Origin: Promethearchaeota archaeon
Lineage (GTDB): Archaea; Asgardarchaeota; Lokiarchaeia; Sigyniarchaeales; SOKP01
Assembly (NCBI GenBank): GCA_016839745.1
Contig: JAEOTS010000089.1
Location: 1 to 40,524 of the forward strand
Direction of reading: 5' to 3'
DNA length: 40,524 nt
The notes under the pieces are model-generated. The model was not told the origin of the DNA. It was given only the letters and a program-made list of their open reading frames with translations, and searched no databases. Below are positions 1 through 9,505 of this stretch, piece after piece. Position 1 is the first letter of the stretch; each line of letters opens with the position of its first letter. The position numbers were made by a program, and so were the translations under genes.

Positions 1-314
1 CGCGGTACAAATTCTTTCTTTGCCTTAAACTGATCAATAGCCATTTGAGCAATACCAGGTGATATATTCTGAGAATTGTATTTTTCCTGCAACTCATTAA
101 TTTTGTCAAAAGGATGCGAATTATAGGGACAATACTCGTCACATGAAAAGCACAACATACAATCTTTCAAAATTCGGCAATCCTCATCTTCATTTACCAA
201 TTTAGCAATTTCTTTCTTGGCTTCGTCAATACTCTCAAAATTGATCCATTGACACTTCATCATACATGCAACAGTTTTACATTCTTCACAATGCGATTTA
301 TCAAACATATTCAT
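1..314 (-). CDS. Fe-S cluster-binding oxidoreductase (HdrD/GlpC-like N-terminus), truncated by window edge
   Basis: Not in the ORF track. Hand translation from ATG at 314 (or 308): MNMFDKSHCEECKTVACMMKCQW...DCMLCFSCDEYCPYNSHPF..., two ferredoxin-type Cys motifs, open to position 1. Confidence 0.75.
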   Translation of the reverse strand, partial: MNMFDKSHCEECKTVACMMKCQWINFESIDEAKKEIAKLVNEDEDCRILKDCMLCFSCDEYCPYNSHPFDKINELQEKYNSQNISPGIAQMAIDQFKAKKEFVP

Positions 315-402
315 TCAGTTTTTTGTTATTTTGAATTATTATTATTATTTTTTTAATAGATATAATCACACTACAACCATTATTAATTTTATTTTATGAG
401 CC

Positions 403-918
403 TTATTCTTCTATCGTGAATTCCCAGGCACAATAATAATTGTCAGGATGTTGATCAGGAGGGCAACATATACATCTAGTCTTAATTCTAGGATCTATGG
501 TTTTAGCGAAATCTTCGTATTCTATAACTCCTACGGGTTTACAAGGAAAATCTGGGAGGTTCCTTCTTTTTCTTGCGTACTGCACCCGGCAATTGTTCAT
601 CCGAAACACACATCGATTCTCAGAAATCTCAATTATTTCTTGAACATTTATATTGGCATAGATTCTATATCTCAATGCTTTTATTAATCCCGAGATTCCT
701 CCATTTTCTGGGATATTGAATCTTTTCATAATACGCTTTGCTTCAATTACTGTAAATCTTTTCCACTGCGCAGCATCAAGTTCAATAGCTTTCCCCAATC
801 CAAATTCCCTCTCCACTGCTTGGAACCAAGTACCGTCGATTGCAAGCCAGTTCTTGCTTATATCTTCTATATAATTAATTAGTTCCTCTTTATTCAATCT
901 TTTTAAATCTTCTTTCAT
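403..918 (-). CDS. DUF6125-like hypothetical protein with conserved Cys (possible metal/ligand-binding)
   Basis: 171 aa; WLAIDGTWF, CRVQYAR, FPCK, CICCPPD and YCAWEF motifs resemble this family; starts 9 bp downstream of the GH2 gene. Confidence 0.65.
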   Translation of the reverse strand: MKEDLKRLNKEELINYIEDISKNWLAIDGTWFQAVEREFGLGKAIELDAAQWKRFTVIEAKRIMKRFNIPENGGISGLIKALRYRIYANINVQEIIEISENRCVFRMNNCRVQYARKRRNLPDFPCKPVGVIEYEDFAKTIDPRIKTRCICCPPDQHPDNYYCAWEFTIEE

Positions 919-927
919 AATTCCAAC

Positions 928-2661
928 TCAATAACTGTATTTAAATTTTGGATTCTGAAATTTCCATAACTTACGTAATAAGTGTGCCGCCATTTTCGGT
1001 CTTCTATCCCGAGTAAACACACCTTTATAATTTATTCCTCCCATTCGAGTAATTCCTTGAGATGTTTTAAAATCACACAGATTCCACACGTGCTCTCCTA
1101 TTATGTAAGGTTTACTACGACAGATTTCAATATATTTTTTAATGAATTCCACTTGGTATTCTTCACTAAACATTTCAGGCGGCTGAGAATGCCATCCTGG
1201 AATTGTATCTGCTCCAAACTCGCTAATTATTATTGGTTTACGATGTTTCTCGTATAAACTGTCAACTTCTTTTGAAAGAATTTCACAAGCTTCATTAACG
1301 CTTCCAGGTTGCATATACCATCCATAATAACGATTGATACATAATACATCACAGATTTCAAAAGCTTTATCTCTTACACCCATCATATTAACGATTGTAA
1401 TAGGCCGTGAGTTGTCCAACTTCCTTGCTTTATCGTAAAGTGCTTTGAAGAACTCCCCAGATTTCAAACTACTATGGGGTTCGTTTGCTAAGCTCCACAT
1501 GATAACGCTTGGATGATTTTTATCGCGCTTTATTAATTCTTCAATGTATTGGGTGCATAATTCTAGATGACGAGCAATCACATTTTTATTAAAGGTTAGG
1601 CCTACAGCGGGAATCTCGTCAATCACTAAAAAACCAAGACGATCTGCCAGATCCATCATTTGTTCTGAATATGGATAATGCGATGTTCGAAAAGAATTAG
1701 CTCCGATCCAATTCATCAAAGAGTAGTCTTTGATTATTACAGCAGGAATGTACCCTCTTCCTGTAATTGGGAAATCTTCGTGCCGACCAAATCCAGTCAA
1801 GTAAACGGATTTTCCATTCAAAAGTAACTTATCTCCTTTCACTTCTATAGTCCGAACTCCTACCTTAAGTGAATAAGAATCGATAATTAAGTCCTCTTTT
1901 ACGATGTCAACTGTAAGATCGTATAAATTAGGCGTTTCAGTATTCCAAAACTTCGCATTTTTTACTTCAAGAGTAATTTTCTGAATCTTTTCGTCAATTT
2001 TCGAGGTATAATTTAATTCTTTTCCAAATCCTTTTAGAGAAAGATTCACATAGGCGCCCTTTAGACTATCCGTTTCTATTGAAACTTTTATTATTCCCGT
2101 TGTCTCAATTATAGATGTTCTGACAGTTATGTCTCTTAATCCTTCGGTAGGAATTGCATATAGTAATACAGGCCTGTGAATTCCACAGAACGGATAAAAG
2201 TCAAAGTTAGTTTGAGGGTAGTTCATTGGACGTCCTTTGGGCGGTACGTGTTCCTCTGACAATCTCCCATCTACTCTAACTACGAGAAGATTGTCTTCTA
2301 ATACGATCTTATTAGATATATCGTATTCGAAGGGTAGATGTCCCCCTTCGTGTTGTCCTACCAGCTCTCCGTTTAACCACACCTCAGATAGGTAATTTAC
2401 CGAACCAAACCTAATTATAATTTTTTTTTTCTTCCAATCCGATGGTTTCTTAAATTTAAGTTGATACCAAGCAGGTCCGAGAAAATCGCGGTCGTCAGCA
2501 AATTGATCGTTCCAACTAGCAGGTACAGCGATTGGACGACTAATATTAAAGCCCGTTGTCCAATTTTCTCCAATTCCTTTATCATCGGGGTCAAATCTAA
2601 AATCCCAGAATCCAGACAGGTCAACAAAATGACGATATTTATTTCTTTGCGGATAAAGCAT
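928..2661 (-). CDS. uidA: Beta-glucuronidase (glycoside hydrolase family 2)
   Basis: 577 aa; GFGRHED, NSFRTSHYPY, WSLANEP (acid/base Glu), NRYYGWY, SEFGAD (nucleophile Glu), WNLCDF and the GUS-specific N-x-K motif (NYKG). Confidence 0.9.
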   Translation of the reverse strand: MLYPQRNKYRHFVDLSGFWDFRFDPDDKGIGENWTTGFNISRPIAVPASWNDQFADDRDFLGPAWYQLKFKKPSDWKKKKIIIRFGSVNYLSEVWLNGELVGQHEGGHLPFEYDISNKIVLEDNLLVVRVDGRLSEEHVPPKGRPMNYPQTNFDFYPFCGIHRPVLLYAIPTEGLRDITVRTSIIETTGIIKVSIETDSLKGAYVNLSLKGFGKELNYTSKIDEKIQKITLEVKNAKFWNTETPNLYDLTVDIVKEDLIIDSYSLKVGVRTIEVKGDKLLLNGKSVYLTGFGRHEDFPITGRGYIPAVIIKDYSLMNWIGANSFRTSHYPYSEQMMDLADRLGFLVIDEIPAVGLTFNKNVIARHLELCTQYIEELIKRDKNHPSVIMWSLANEPHSSLKSGEFFKALYDKARKLDNSRPITIVNMMGVRDKAFEICDVLCINRYYGWYMQPGSVNEACEILSKEVDSLYEKHRKPIIISEFGADTIPGWHSQPPEMFSEEYQVEFIKKYIEICRSKPYIIGEHVWNLCDFKTSQGITRMGGINYKGVFTRDRRPKMAAHLLRKLWKFQNPKFKYSY

Positions 2662-2745
2662 TAATATTCCTCTTTATGTAGTATAAATTACAAAAAACTT
2701 CTTAAAATATTAATATAATTGAATGCTCTCAACTATAGTATAATC

Positions 2746-4035
2746 TTACAAAAGCGTTTGAGCAAATAGTTTTATCTTATCCTTAATGATTTTTTCAGAA
2801 GTCATTCGTTTGTCTCCCACATCTAAATCAATGAGAAGCATTGGGATTCCGACTTCATCTCGCAAAGCCTCCCTAAGTATTTGAGGAACGCTTCCAAATT
2901 GTTTGCATCCTAAATGAGATGTAAAAACATAGCAATCAGCAGAGAATTCCTTAGCTAAATGAACACACTCATCAATGAAAGAATAATAAAATTCTGCAGA
3001 CTGTTTTACCATTGGTGCTTCCATGGTTTTAATTGCCATCCCATTAAGCATTGTTTCCAAATCAGAAGTTGTATCGATTGGTTCGGCAAAATTATAATTG
3101 AAAATATCAAATAGAATTGACATCCCTAGTTCACGATCTAACCACTCACATAAAGCCAAATCGAAAAAAATGATCATGTAGGGCCATATACTTCGAATTT
3201 TTTCTTCTCCAGCGTGATGTTCTTTTCGGGTATATCTTTGTTTTGCTATACTTAGCATTTCTTCATAGAATGTAATTTTTTCCGGTCGCCCAGATAAGTA
3301 TATAGAAGCAGCGGCAGCCATAGCATTGAACATGTTTTCAACGGGACAAGGTAATGTTTTTTTTAACTCAAATATCTCCATCTGCATGCTAAAAATTTTA
3401 TTTTCAATTTCTAAAGCTCTTCGTAACTTGTCATAATCGGGTTCCTGTCCAATTACCCTTCCCAATTCTTCCAAACCTAATTTAATTTGTTCTCCAAGAT
3501 ATGGGTAGCTCTTATCTTCTTTTAGAAATGGTAGATCGGGAGTAATTACGGGAATTTTTTTATGAAAACGGAAAAACGGATAAGAAGCATAAGTATTATC
3601 GCAAGGGGCAGTAGGAGTAATTATCGCATCAAACTGAAATAAATCATCTAAGGTCATACCCATTGTTCCTTTTTGTGAGGAGCATGTATGAAATGGATGA
3701 CCCCAATGTGTTATTAGATCATAATATGGTTCCGAACCATCAGGTAGTAATGCAGAAAGTAAATATGATGTTGCTTCAATGCATACAGGTACACAATCAA
3801 AGGCATATAAAAATTCAGTGGGAAATGCAAAATGATGTCCTATTACCGGTAATCCTTCTCTTTCCTTTAATATAAAATCATTTATAACTGATTTTATGTG
3901 TTTTAATCCCATTCTCAATGAAGGAATTCCATGATCTGGTAATATATTTTCGACTAGACTATGCGTTCCAGAGATAGCTTCATATAACATTTGGTAAGGG
4001 ATAATTCTATTCTTTATTTCATGCGCTCGAGTCAT
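2746..4035 (-). CDS. 2-hydroxyacyl-CoA dehydratase / benzoyl-CoA reductase family subunit (HgdA/BcrB-like)
   Basis: 429 aa; spaced Fe-S Cys ligands (HTCSSQKG, APCD, LGCKQ) and C-terminal GIPMLLIDLD...F pattern of the HGD-D family. Confidence 0.85.
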   Translation of the reverse strand: MTRAHEIKNRIIPYQMLYEAISGTHSLVENILPDHGIPSLRMGLKHIKSVINDFILKEREGLPVIGHHFAFPTEFLYAFDCVPVCIEATSYLLSALLPDGSEPYYDLITHWGHPFHTCSSQKGTMGMTLDDLFQFDAIITPTAPCDNTYASYPFFRFHKKIPVITPDLPFLKEDKSYPYLGEQIKLGLEELGRVIGQEPDYDKLRRALEIENKIFSMQMEIFELKKTLPCPVENMFNAMAAAASIYLSGRPEKITFYEEMLSIAKQRYTRKEHHAGEEKIRSIWPYMIIFFDLALCEWLDRELGMSILFDIFNYNFAEPIDTTSDLETMLNGMAIKTMEAPMVKQSAEFYYSFIDECVHLAKEFSADCYVFTSHLGCKQFGSVPQILREALRDEVGIPMLLIDLDVGDKRMTSEKIIKDKIKLFAQTLL

Positions 4036-4089
4036 TTTTCACCAATCCTTTTCAAATAAATCTAAATTCAAATTTTTTTAATCCTTCCT

Positions 4090-5241
4090 CTATTTAATCA
4101 TTTCTATAAAGGCTTCAATTCTTGTTTGCAATCGTGTAGCGTCTGCCTGATACGATTCACGGTCGATATTTAACACAGGTATATCAAGTTCCTTGAGTTC
4201 ATGAGTGAAGAGCATGTTGTCACAGCCGTGCAAATCGCAATTGTTGATTCTTTGTAAGATTACACCATCAATATTAGCGGTTTTGATTTCCTCTTTTAAA
4301 TAATTTAATCTATTTTCATGATCATCCATCATTCTTGGGCACGAAATTCGATAGTATAATCTTTTTGTGAGATTTTCAAGGGGTTTTACACCATGATCAA
4401 ATTCCATTGAATCATTATAATTACGCGTCCCAAAACAGATAAAATCTGATGCAACAAATGCTCCTGAGTTTTCAATGAGTTGAATAAAATCAATATTATC
4501 AACAACACTTCCAACGATTATAACTCGTTTCTTTGAACCAACATCTATTTCTTCCTTCTCCTCTAAATCATTTAAAATCCTTTTTAATTCTTCGTTAGCA
4601 ATTTCTTTAGGTACAGAAGCATTTGCCATAGAAATTTGTAAAGCTTCAGTTCCAGTAATCTTAGGAAATTCTTGAATTTGTAATTTATGAATATCTCTCA
4701 ATAAAACTCTATTTTGATTGTAAATATCTATTGAGTGATTTAACTTTTCATCTGATATTTCACAATTACAAGCTGATTCAAGTTCTTCGCGTAATTCTTC
4801 AATTTCTTTTAAATACCAATTGAATCCTTCTTCAGTTATTATGTGAGGTATTGATAGATAAAATCTATCAATTTTTTTATCAATATTTTCTTTATTAAAT
4901 ACTTTTAAGTCGAACAGTTCAAACATCCTTCTACTATGGTCGCAACTATTACAGATTAGAAAACCATCCATGAAATTATATGCCCCTTTTAGTGCTAAGT
5001 CTAATGTAGCCCTAACAAAGGAGCATGTAAATCTAACCATGTATGTATCCGCCAGTTCTGTATCTTTATTTCCTGTAGCTCGAATTCTATAGGGTAAAAT
5101 TCCCGCGGCGTGTAATAATTCTTCAGGGATATAAGTACAATAATATCCAATAATTTTTTTATTCGAAGCTTGCCAATCATTAATATAAGAATTGGTTATA
5201 GAATTTGAGATATTCAGGAATGGATCATCTTTTAAATTCAA
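4090..5241 (-). CDS. 2-hydroxyacyl-CoA dehydratase family subunit (HgdB/BcrC-like)
   Basis: 383 aa, TTG start; GYYCTYIPEELLHAAG, CSFVR, CDHSRR, NCD, and C-terminal TRIEAFIEM. Confidence 0.88.
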   Translation of the reverse strand: MNLKDDPFLNISNSITNSYINDWQASNKKIIGYYCTYIPEELLHAAGILPYRIRATGNKDTELADTYMVRFTCSFVRATLDLALKGAYNFMDGFLICNSCDHSRRMFELFDLKVFNKENIDKKIDRFYLSIPHIITEEGFNWYLKEIEELREELESACNCEISDEKLNHSIDIYNQNRVLLRDIHKLQIQEFPKITGTEALQISMANASVPKEIANEELKRILNDLEEKEEIDVGSKKRVIIVGSVVDNIDFIQLIENSGAFVASDFICFGTRNYNDSMEFDHGVKPLENLTKRLYYRISCPRMMDDHENRLNYLKEEIKTANIDGVILQRINNCDLHGCDNMLFTHELKELDIPVLNIDRESYQADATRLQTRIEAFIEMIK

Positions 5242-5251
5242 TTTTTACGCC

Positions 5252-5719
5252 TCATGTGCTCTGTTTATATACTTCGTGCTTTCCAATCATTAAACAACGT
5301 ACTAATTTGATTGCAGCGACATAAGAACCTTTAATTCTTGCTTTTCTAGTAATTAAATATTTTAACAGCTTAGTCAATCCGAATATATTATTTTTTGAAC
5401 GAATAACACTACTTAAAACTTTCAAAATCTTTTCTTCTTTAACACTAAAAGTGATTCGGGCCAAAGGAGCTTTAGCTTTTTGAGCATGGCATTCAAAATT
5501 CCTTCTCTCAGAAGTTAAAGTAAACGTGATGTATCCATCTAATTCTTTTAAGTAAAATTCAATTTCTTCACCCTCGTATTTTCCGATTTTCTGAAATGGT
5601 TCGTCTAAGCCAAATAAGTCGACCAGTAGTTTAGCTAATCTAGCAATGTTAAGAATTTTGGTTTCCCTTACAAGATTTTCTGCTTTGAGATTTCGATCAA
5701 TATCTTGAATTTCAGTTAT
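5252..5719 (-). CDS. 155-aa protein with SCP2 (sterol carrier protein 2)-like C-terminal pattern; probable ATA start
   Basis: The frame of the 70-aa track ORF stays open upstream to about 5749 with no ATG/GTG/TTG. AGGTG (5732-5728) lies 8 nt before ATA at 5719. C-terminal RKARIKGSYVAAIKL resembles the SCP2 GKLKIKGDxxxAxKL motif. Confidence 0.65.
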   Translation of the reverse strand: MTEIQDIDRNLKAENLVRETKILNIARLAKLLVDLFGLDEPFQKIGKYEGEEIEFYLKELDGYITFTLTSERRNFECHAQKAKAPLARITFSVKEEKILKVLSSVIRSKNNIFGLTKLLKYLITRKARIKGSYVAAIKLVRCLMIGKHEVYKQST

Positions 5720-5790
5720 TTTAGGTGCACCTATAGAATGATAATGTCTTCAATGTTAATTATATTAGTTTGAATAGTTAATAAACTTAA

Positions 5791-5823
5791 AGATTATGCA
5801 GATGTAAAAAGAGATTATGCAGA
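5791..5823. repeat. 12-bp direct repeat AGATTATGCAGA x2, 21-bp period, in a divergent promoter region
   Basis: Exact copies at 5791-5802 and 5812-5823. Confidence 0.7.
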
Positions 5824-5867
5824 GTACTACTAAATTCTGAAAGTTATTTCAATAAAAAAATGGGACA

Positions 5868-5882
5868 GGAAACCCTTAAAAT
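5868..5882 (+). promoter_or_regulatory. Putative archaeal BRE/TATA promoter of the aconitase gene
   Basis: Purine-rich GGAAA followed by CCCTTAAAA about 75 bp upstream of the start; GGAG Shine-Dalgarno at 5946-5949. Confidence 0.4.
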
Positions 5883-5953
5883 TGGTAGAATAAGTTTTAT
5901 TTAGCAAGGAATTTTAACTAACATACTAATTAATATAATCTATATGGAGTAAA

Positions 5954-7888
5954 TTGAAAATGGGTAAAACTCTAACAGAAAAAATTATAGAATCACATTT
6001 AGTAGAAGGAACACTAGAACGAGGTTCTGATATAGCAATTACAATAAATCAGACGCTTACACAAGACGCAACAGGTACTATGGCCTATCTTCAATTCGAA
6101 GCAATAGGTATTGATAGAGTCCAAACGGAGCTTTCTGTAAGCTATGTCGATCATAATACGCTTCAAAGCGATTTTAAAAACCCAGATGATCATCGTTATC
6201 TCCAAAGTATTGCAGCCAAATATGGTATATACTTCTCACGACCCGGAAATGGCATCTGTCATCAATTACATCTTGAACGGTTTGCTCGACCCGGTCGAAC
6301 TCTTTTAGGTAGTGATAGTCATACACCAACGGGAGGTGGTGTTGGGAGTATTGCCCTCGGAGCAGGAGGTCTGGATGTTGCAGCCGCTATGGCAGGAGAA
6401 TCGTTTAGGTTAAAAATGCCGCAAGTAGTAAAAGTTTACCTAACTGGAAGTCTTCCAGATTTCGTTTCTGCTAAGGATGTAATTCTCGAAGTTTTGCGGA
6501 GAATTGGAGTAAAGGGCGCAAGATCCAAAGTTTTAGAATATACAGGTCCAGGAATAAAAACACTTTCAGTACCAGAGAGAGGAACCATTACAAACATGGG
6601 CACTGAAACTGGTGCTACTACATCAATTTTTCCTTCAGATGAGATTACTAAAGAGTTCTTAGAAGCACAAGAAAGAGGAGATCAATGGGTTGAGTTAAAA
6701 CCAGATGATGATGCGGTGTATGATGAAACTATCGAAATAAACCTAAGTGAACTTGAACCACTCATAGCTGAACCTCACAGCCCGGGTAATGTAAAAACAG
6801 TAAAGGAGCTTGAGGGATTAAAAGTAGATCAAGTTTGTGTTGGTAGCTGTACGAATTCTTCCCTTCGAGATCTCAAGATAACTGCAAACATTTTGAAAGG
6901 GAAGACAATTGATCTCAATACAGTGCTTACGGTTTCAGCAGGTTCAAGACAAGTGGTTGATCATATGATTACATCCGGTGAAATGGCCTATTTAATTGAA
7001 GCGGGTGCCCGAATTCTCGAAAACGCTTGTGGTCCTTGTATTGGGATGGGGCTTGCTCCTAAAACCGACGCTATATCTCTACGAACATTCAATCGGAATT
7101 TTCTTGGAAGGAGCGGAACTAAGAGTGCACAGGCATATCTTGTAAGCCCAGAAACTGCTGCTGTATCCGCTATTGAAGGAAAAATAACAGATCCAAGATC
7201 TTTTGGCGAATTACCCACATTTGACATGCCTAAAAAGTTCATGGTAAACGATAACATGATCGTACCACCTTTGCCTTCAGAAGAAGCAAAAAAAATTGAA
7301 ATTATCAGAGGTCCAAATATCAAACCATTACCTGAATTTAATCTCCTCCCCGACAAATTGGAAGGAGAAGTCCTTCTTAAAGTTGAGGATGATATAACTA
7401 CTGACCATATCATGCCAGCTGGAGCGAAAATATTGCCGTTAAGGTCTAATATCCCTGAAATTAGTAAGTTTGTCTTCAATGTAGTTGACGAGAGTTTTCC
7501 AGACCGATCTTTAGAGAGAGGGGGAGGATTTATTATCGGAGGGGAAAATTACGGACAAGGGAGTAGCAGGGAACATGCTGCAATCGCTCCCAAGTACCTA
7601 GGACTCAAGGCAGTGATAGTAAAATCGTTTGCTCGAATTCATTTGGCTAATCTTGTAAACTTTGGAATCGTTCCACTAACATTCGAAAATAAAGAGGATT
7701 ATGCTACCATCGAACAGGGAGATAAAATTGAAGTTGACCTATTAAGTTTAGAATCTGGAACGGTAGCGTTAAAAAATCTTACAAAAGGCACTGAAATCAA
7801 GTTAACTCATTCTTTAAGCGAGACAGAGATCGAAGTTTTAAAAGCTGGAGGGAAACTTCCTTTCATTAAGAAAAAACATTCCAAATAA
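5954..7888 (+). CDS. Aconitate hydratase, short single-chain (about 650 aa, Aquifex/archaeal type)
   Basis: 644 aa; TLTQDATGTMAYLQF, VDHN, GSDSHT, VGSCTNSS, ACGPCIGMG, RTFNRNF, ITTDHI, NYGQGSSREHAA with fused swivel domain. Start TTG 5954 or ATG 5960. Confidence 0.92.
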   Translation: MKMGKTLTEKIIESHLVEGTLERGSDIAITINQTLTQDATGTMAYLQFEAIGIDRVQTELSVSYVDHNTLQSDFKNPDDHRYLQSIAAKYGIYFSRPGNGICHQLHLERFARPGRTLLGSDSHTPTGGGVGSIALGAGGLDVAAAMAGESFRLKMPQVVKVYLTGSLPDFVSAKDVILEVLRRIGVKGARSKVLEYTGPGIKTLSVPERGTITNMGTETGATTSIFPSDEITKEFLEAQERGDQWVELKPDDDAVYDETIEINLSELEPLIAEPHSPGNVKTVKELEGLKVDQVCVGSCTNSSLRDLKITANILKGKTIDLNTVLTVSAGSRQVVDHMITSGEMAYLIEAGARILENACGPCIGMGLAPKTDAISLRTFNRNFLGRSGTKSAQAYLVSPETAAVSAIEGKITDPRSFGELPTFDMPKKFMVNDNMIVPPLPSEEAKKIEIIRGPNIKPLPEFNLLPDKLEGEVLLKVEDDITTDHIMPAGAKILPLRSNIPEISKFVFNVVDESFPDRSLERGGGFIIGGENYGQGSSREHAAIAPKYLGLKAVIVKSFARIHLANLVNFGIVPLTFENKEDYATIEQGDKIEVDLLSLESGTVALKNLTKGTEIKLTHSLSETEIEVLKAGGKLPFIKKKHSK

Positions 7889-7898
7889 ATTATTAGTT

Positions 7899-7925
7899 AA
7901 TTTTTTTTACTTATTTATTTTTATT
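7899..7925 (+). terminator. Oligo-T tract, putative archaeal terminator
   Basis: T8 run and further T-rich sequence directly after the aconitase stop. Confidence 0.4.
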
Positions 7926-7937
7926 CACTTGTGTTTT

Positions 7938-8699
7938 ATGGTAGAAAAGAAATATTTAGTAGATCCTAAGAAAAGATTCTCTTCTCGAGTAGAAAATTAC
8001 ATCAAATATCGACCGAGTTATCCCCTTGAAATTATTGATTTTTTGAAGAAGAAGAATTTGTTAGCAGAAGATACTGTAATTGCCGATATCGGTTCAGGTA
8101 CAGGAATTCTAACAAAAATATTCTTGGATAATGGCAACCAAGTTTATGGGGTTGAACCCAATAAGGATATGAGAGAAGCAGCTGAAAAAATCCTCCAAGG
8201 ATATACAAATTTTTCAAGTTTTGAAGGTTCTGCTGAGTCCACAGGATTAGAGGATAAATCTATAGATCTTATTATTGCGGGACAAGCTTTTCATTGGTTC
8301 GATGTGGAGGAGGCAAAGAGAGAATTTAAAAGAATATTAAAACCGAATGGTAATGTAGCATTAATCTGGAACAATCGTGGAAAATCCGTATCAGATTTTA
8401 ACAATACCTATGAAAAATTCACTTTAAAATACGGCACAGATTATAAAGAAGTTAGGAAAAATGAGGGAAATGTGGATCGTTTTTTTAATTATCAAAAAGA
8501 AACATTTGATAACTTCCAAGAATTAGATTTCACCAGTTTTAAAGGCAGAGTCCTTTCTTCATCTTATATTCCTTTATCTGATAATCCAATTTTCCCAAAA
8601 ATGATATTGGAATTGGAAGATTTATATAACAAACACCAACGGAATGGATTTATTAGATTTGTTTACGATACCGAAGTATACTATGGTAAATTAGAGTAG
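7938..8699 (+). CDS. Class I SAM-dependent methyltransferase
   Basis: IADIGSGTG motif I, VEPN, AGQAFHWFD, RILKPNG. ATG 7938 preferred over TTG 7929. Confidence 0.9.
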   Translation: MVEKKYLVDPKKRFSSRVENYIKYRPSYPLEIIDFLKKKNLLAEDTVIADIGSGTGILTKIFLDNGNQVYGVEPNKDMREAAEKILQGYTNFSSFEGSAESTGLEDKSIDLIIAGQAFHWFDVEEAKREFKRILKPNGNVALIWNNRGKSVSDFNNTYEKFTLKYGTDYKEVRKNEGNVDRFFNYQKETFDNFQELDFTSFKGRVLSSSYIPLSDNPIFPKMILELEDLYNKHQRNGFIRFVYDTEVYYGKLE

Positions 8700-8769
8700 G
8701 CTAATAGGTGATTAATTAAGAATTTAGGAGAAAAGTTTTTTAATCCTAAATTAATTAAAATTTAATATT

Positions 8770-9354
8770 ATGAAAGTTGTTATTTTCAATTCAAGTCCTA
8801 GAAGCGAAGGTGTTACGAAAAAATGCTTGAATATTGTAATGGACGAGTTAAAAGCTGCTGGAATTGAAGTTGAATATATTTGGATGGGCATGGATAAAAT
8901 CCAAGGATGTATTTCATGTTACCGATGCAGAGAAAATCAAGATAAGAGATGTAGTGTCAAAACTGACAAATTAAACGAGTATTTAGAAAAGATGCTTAAC
9001 GCTGATGGAATAATATTAGGTTCACCAACTTATTTTGCAGACACTACTGCTCGAATGAAAGCGCTTATCGAAAGAGCTGGCCTTGTAAGTAAAGTGAATA
9101 ATAGCTTATTAAAACACAAAGTCGGTGCTTCTGTAGTTTCAGTTAGACGAGCGGGAGCAACCCATGTGTTTTCGAGTATGAATTATTTTTTCCTAATTAA
9201 CCAGATGTTTGTCGTTGGCTCAAGCTACTGGAATTTAGGGGTAAATCCACACGTTTCAGACCCAGATAGAATTATGGAAGACGAAGAAGGTATAGCTACT
9301 TTTCAGAATTTAGGAAGAAATATGGCTTACTTACTTCAAAAACTTAATGCTTAA
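8770..9354 (+). CDS. Iron-sulfur flavoprotein (Isf / flavodoxin-like FMN reductase family)
   Basis: 194 aa; NSSPR...T FMN-phosphate loop, compact CISCYRC-x7-C cluster motif, GSPTYF, RRAG. Confidence 0.88.
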   Translation: MKVVIFNSSPRSEGVTKKCLNIVMDELKAAGIEVEYIWMGMDKIQGCISCYRCRENQDKRCSVKTDKLNEYLEKMLNADGIILGSPTYFADTTARMKALIERAGLVSKVNNSLLKHKVGASVVSVRRAGATHVFSSMNYFFLINQMFVVGSSYWNLGVNPHVSDPDRIMEDEEGIATFQNLGRNMAYLLQKLNA

Positions 9355-9390
9355 TCTCTTTTTTTTTCTTTTAGGGCGTTCTTTTTGTTT
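9355..9390 (+). terminator. Oligo-T tract, putative terminator
   Basis: TCTCTTTTTTTTTCTTTT immediately after the stop codon. Confidence 0.5.
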
Positions 9391-9505
9391 AATAAAAATA
9401 TACTTTTTAAGCCAATATTTATTGTATTTATATTAGTGTTTTATAATTATATACTTGTAAAAGCATCGATATCAGCAAAGCATAAATCACTTGTAGGCAT
9501 CTAAA

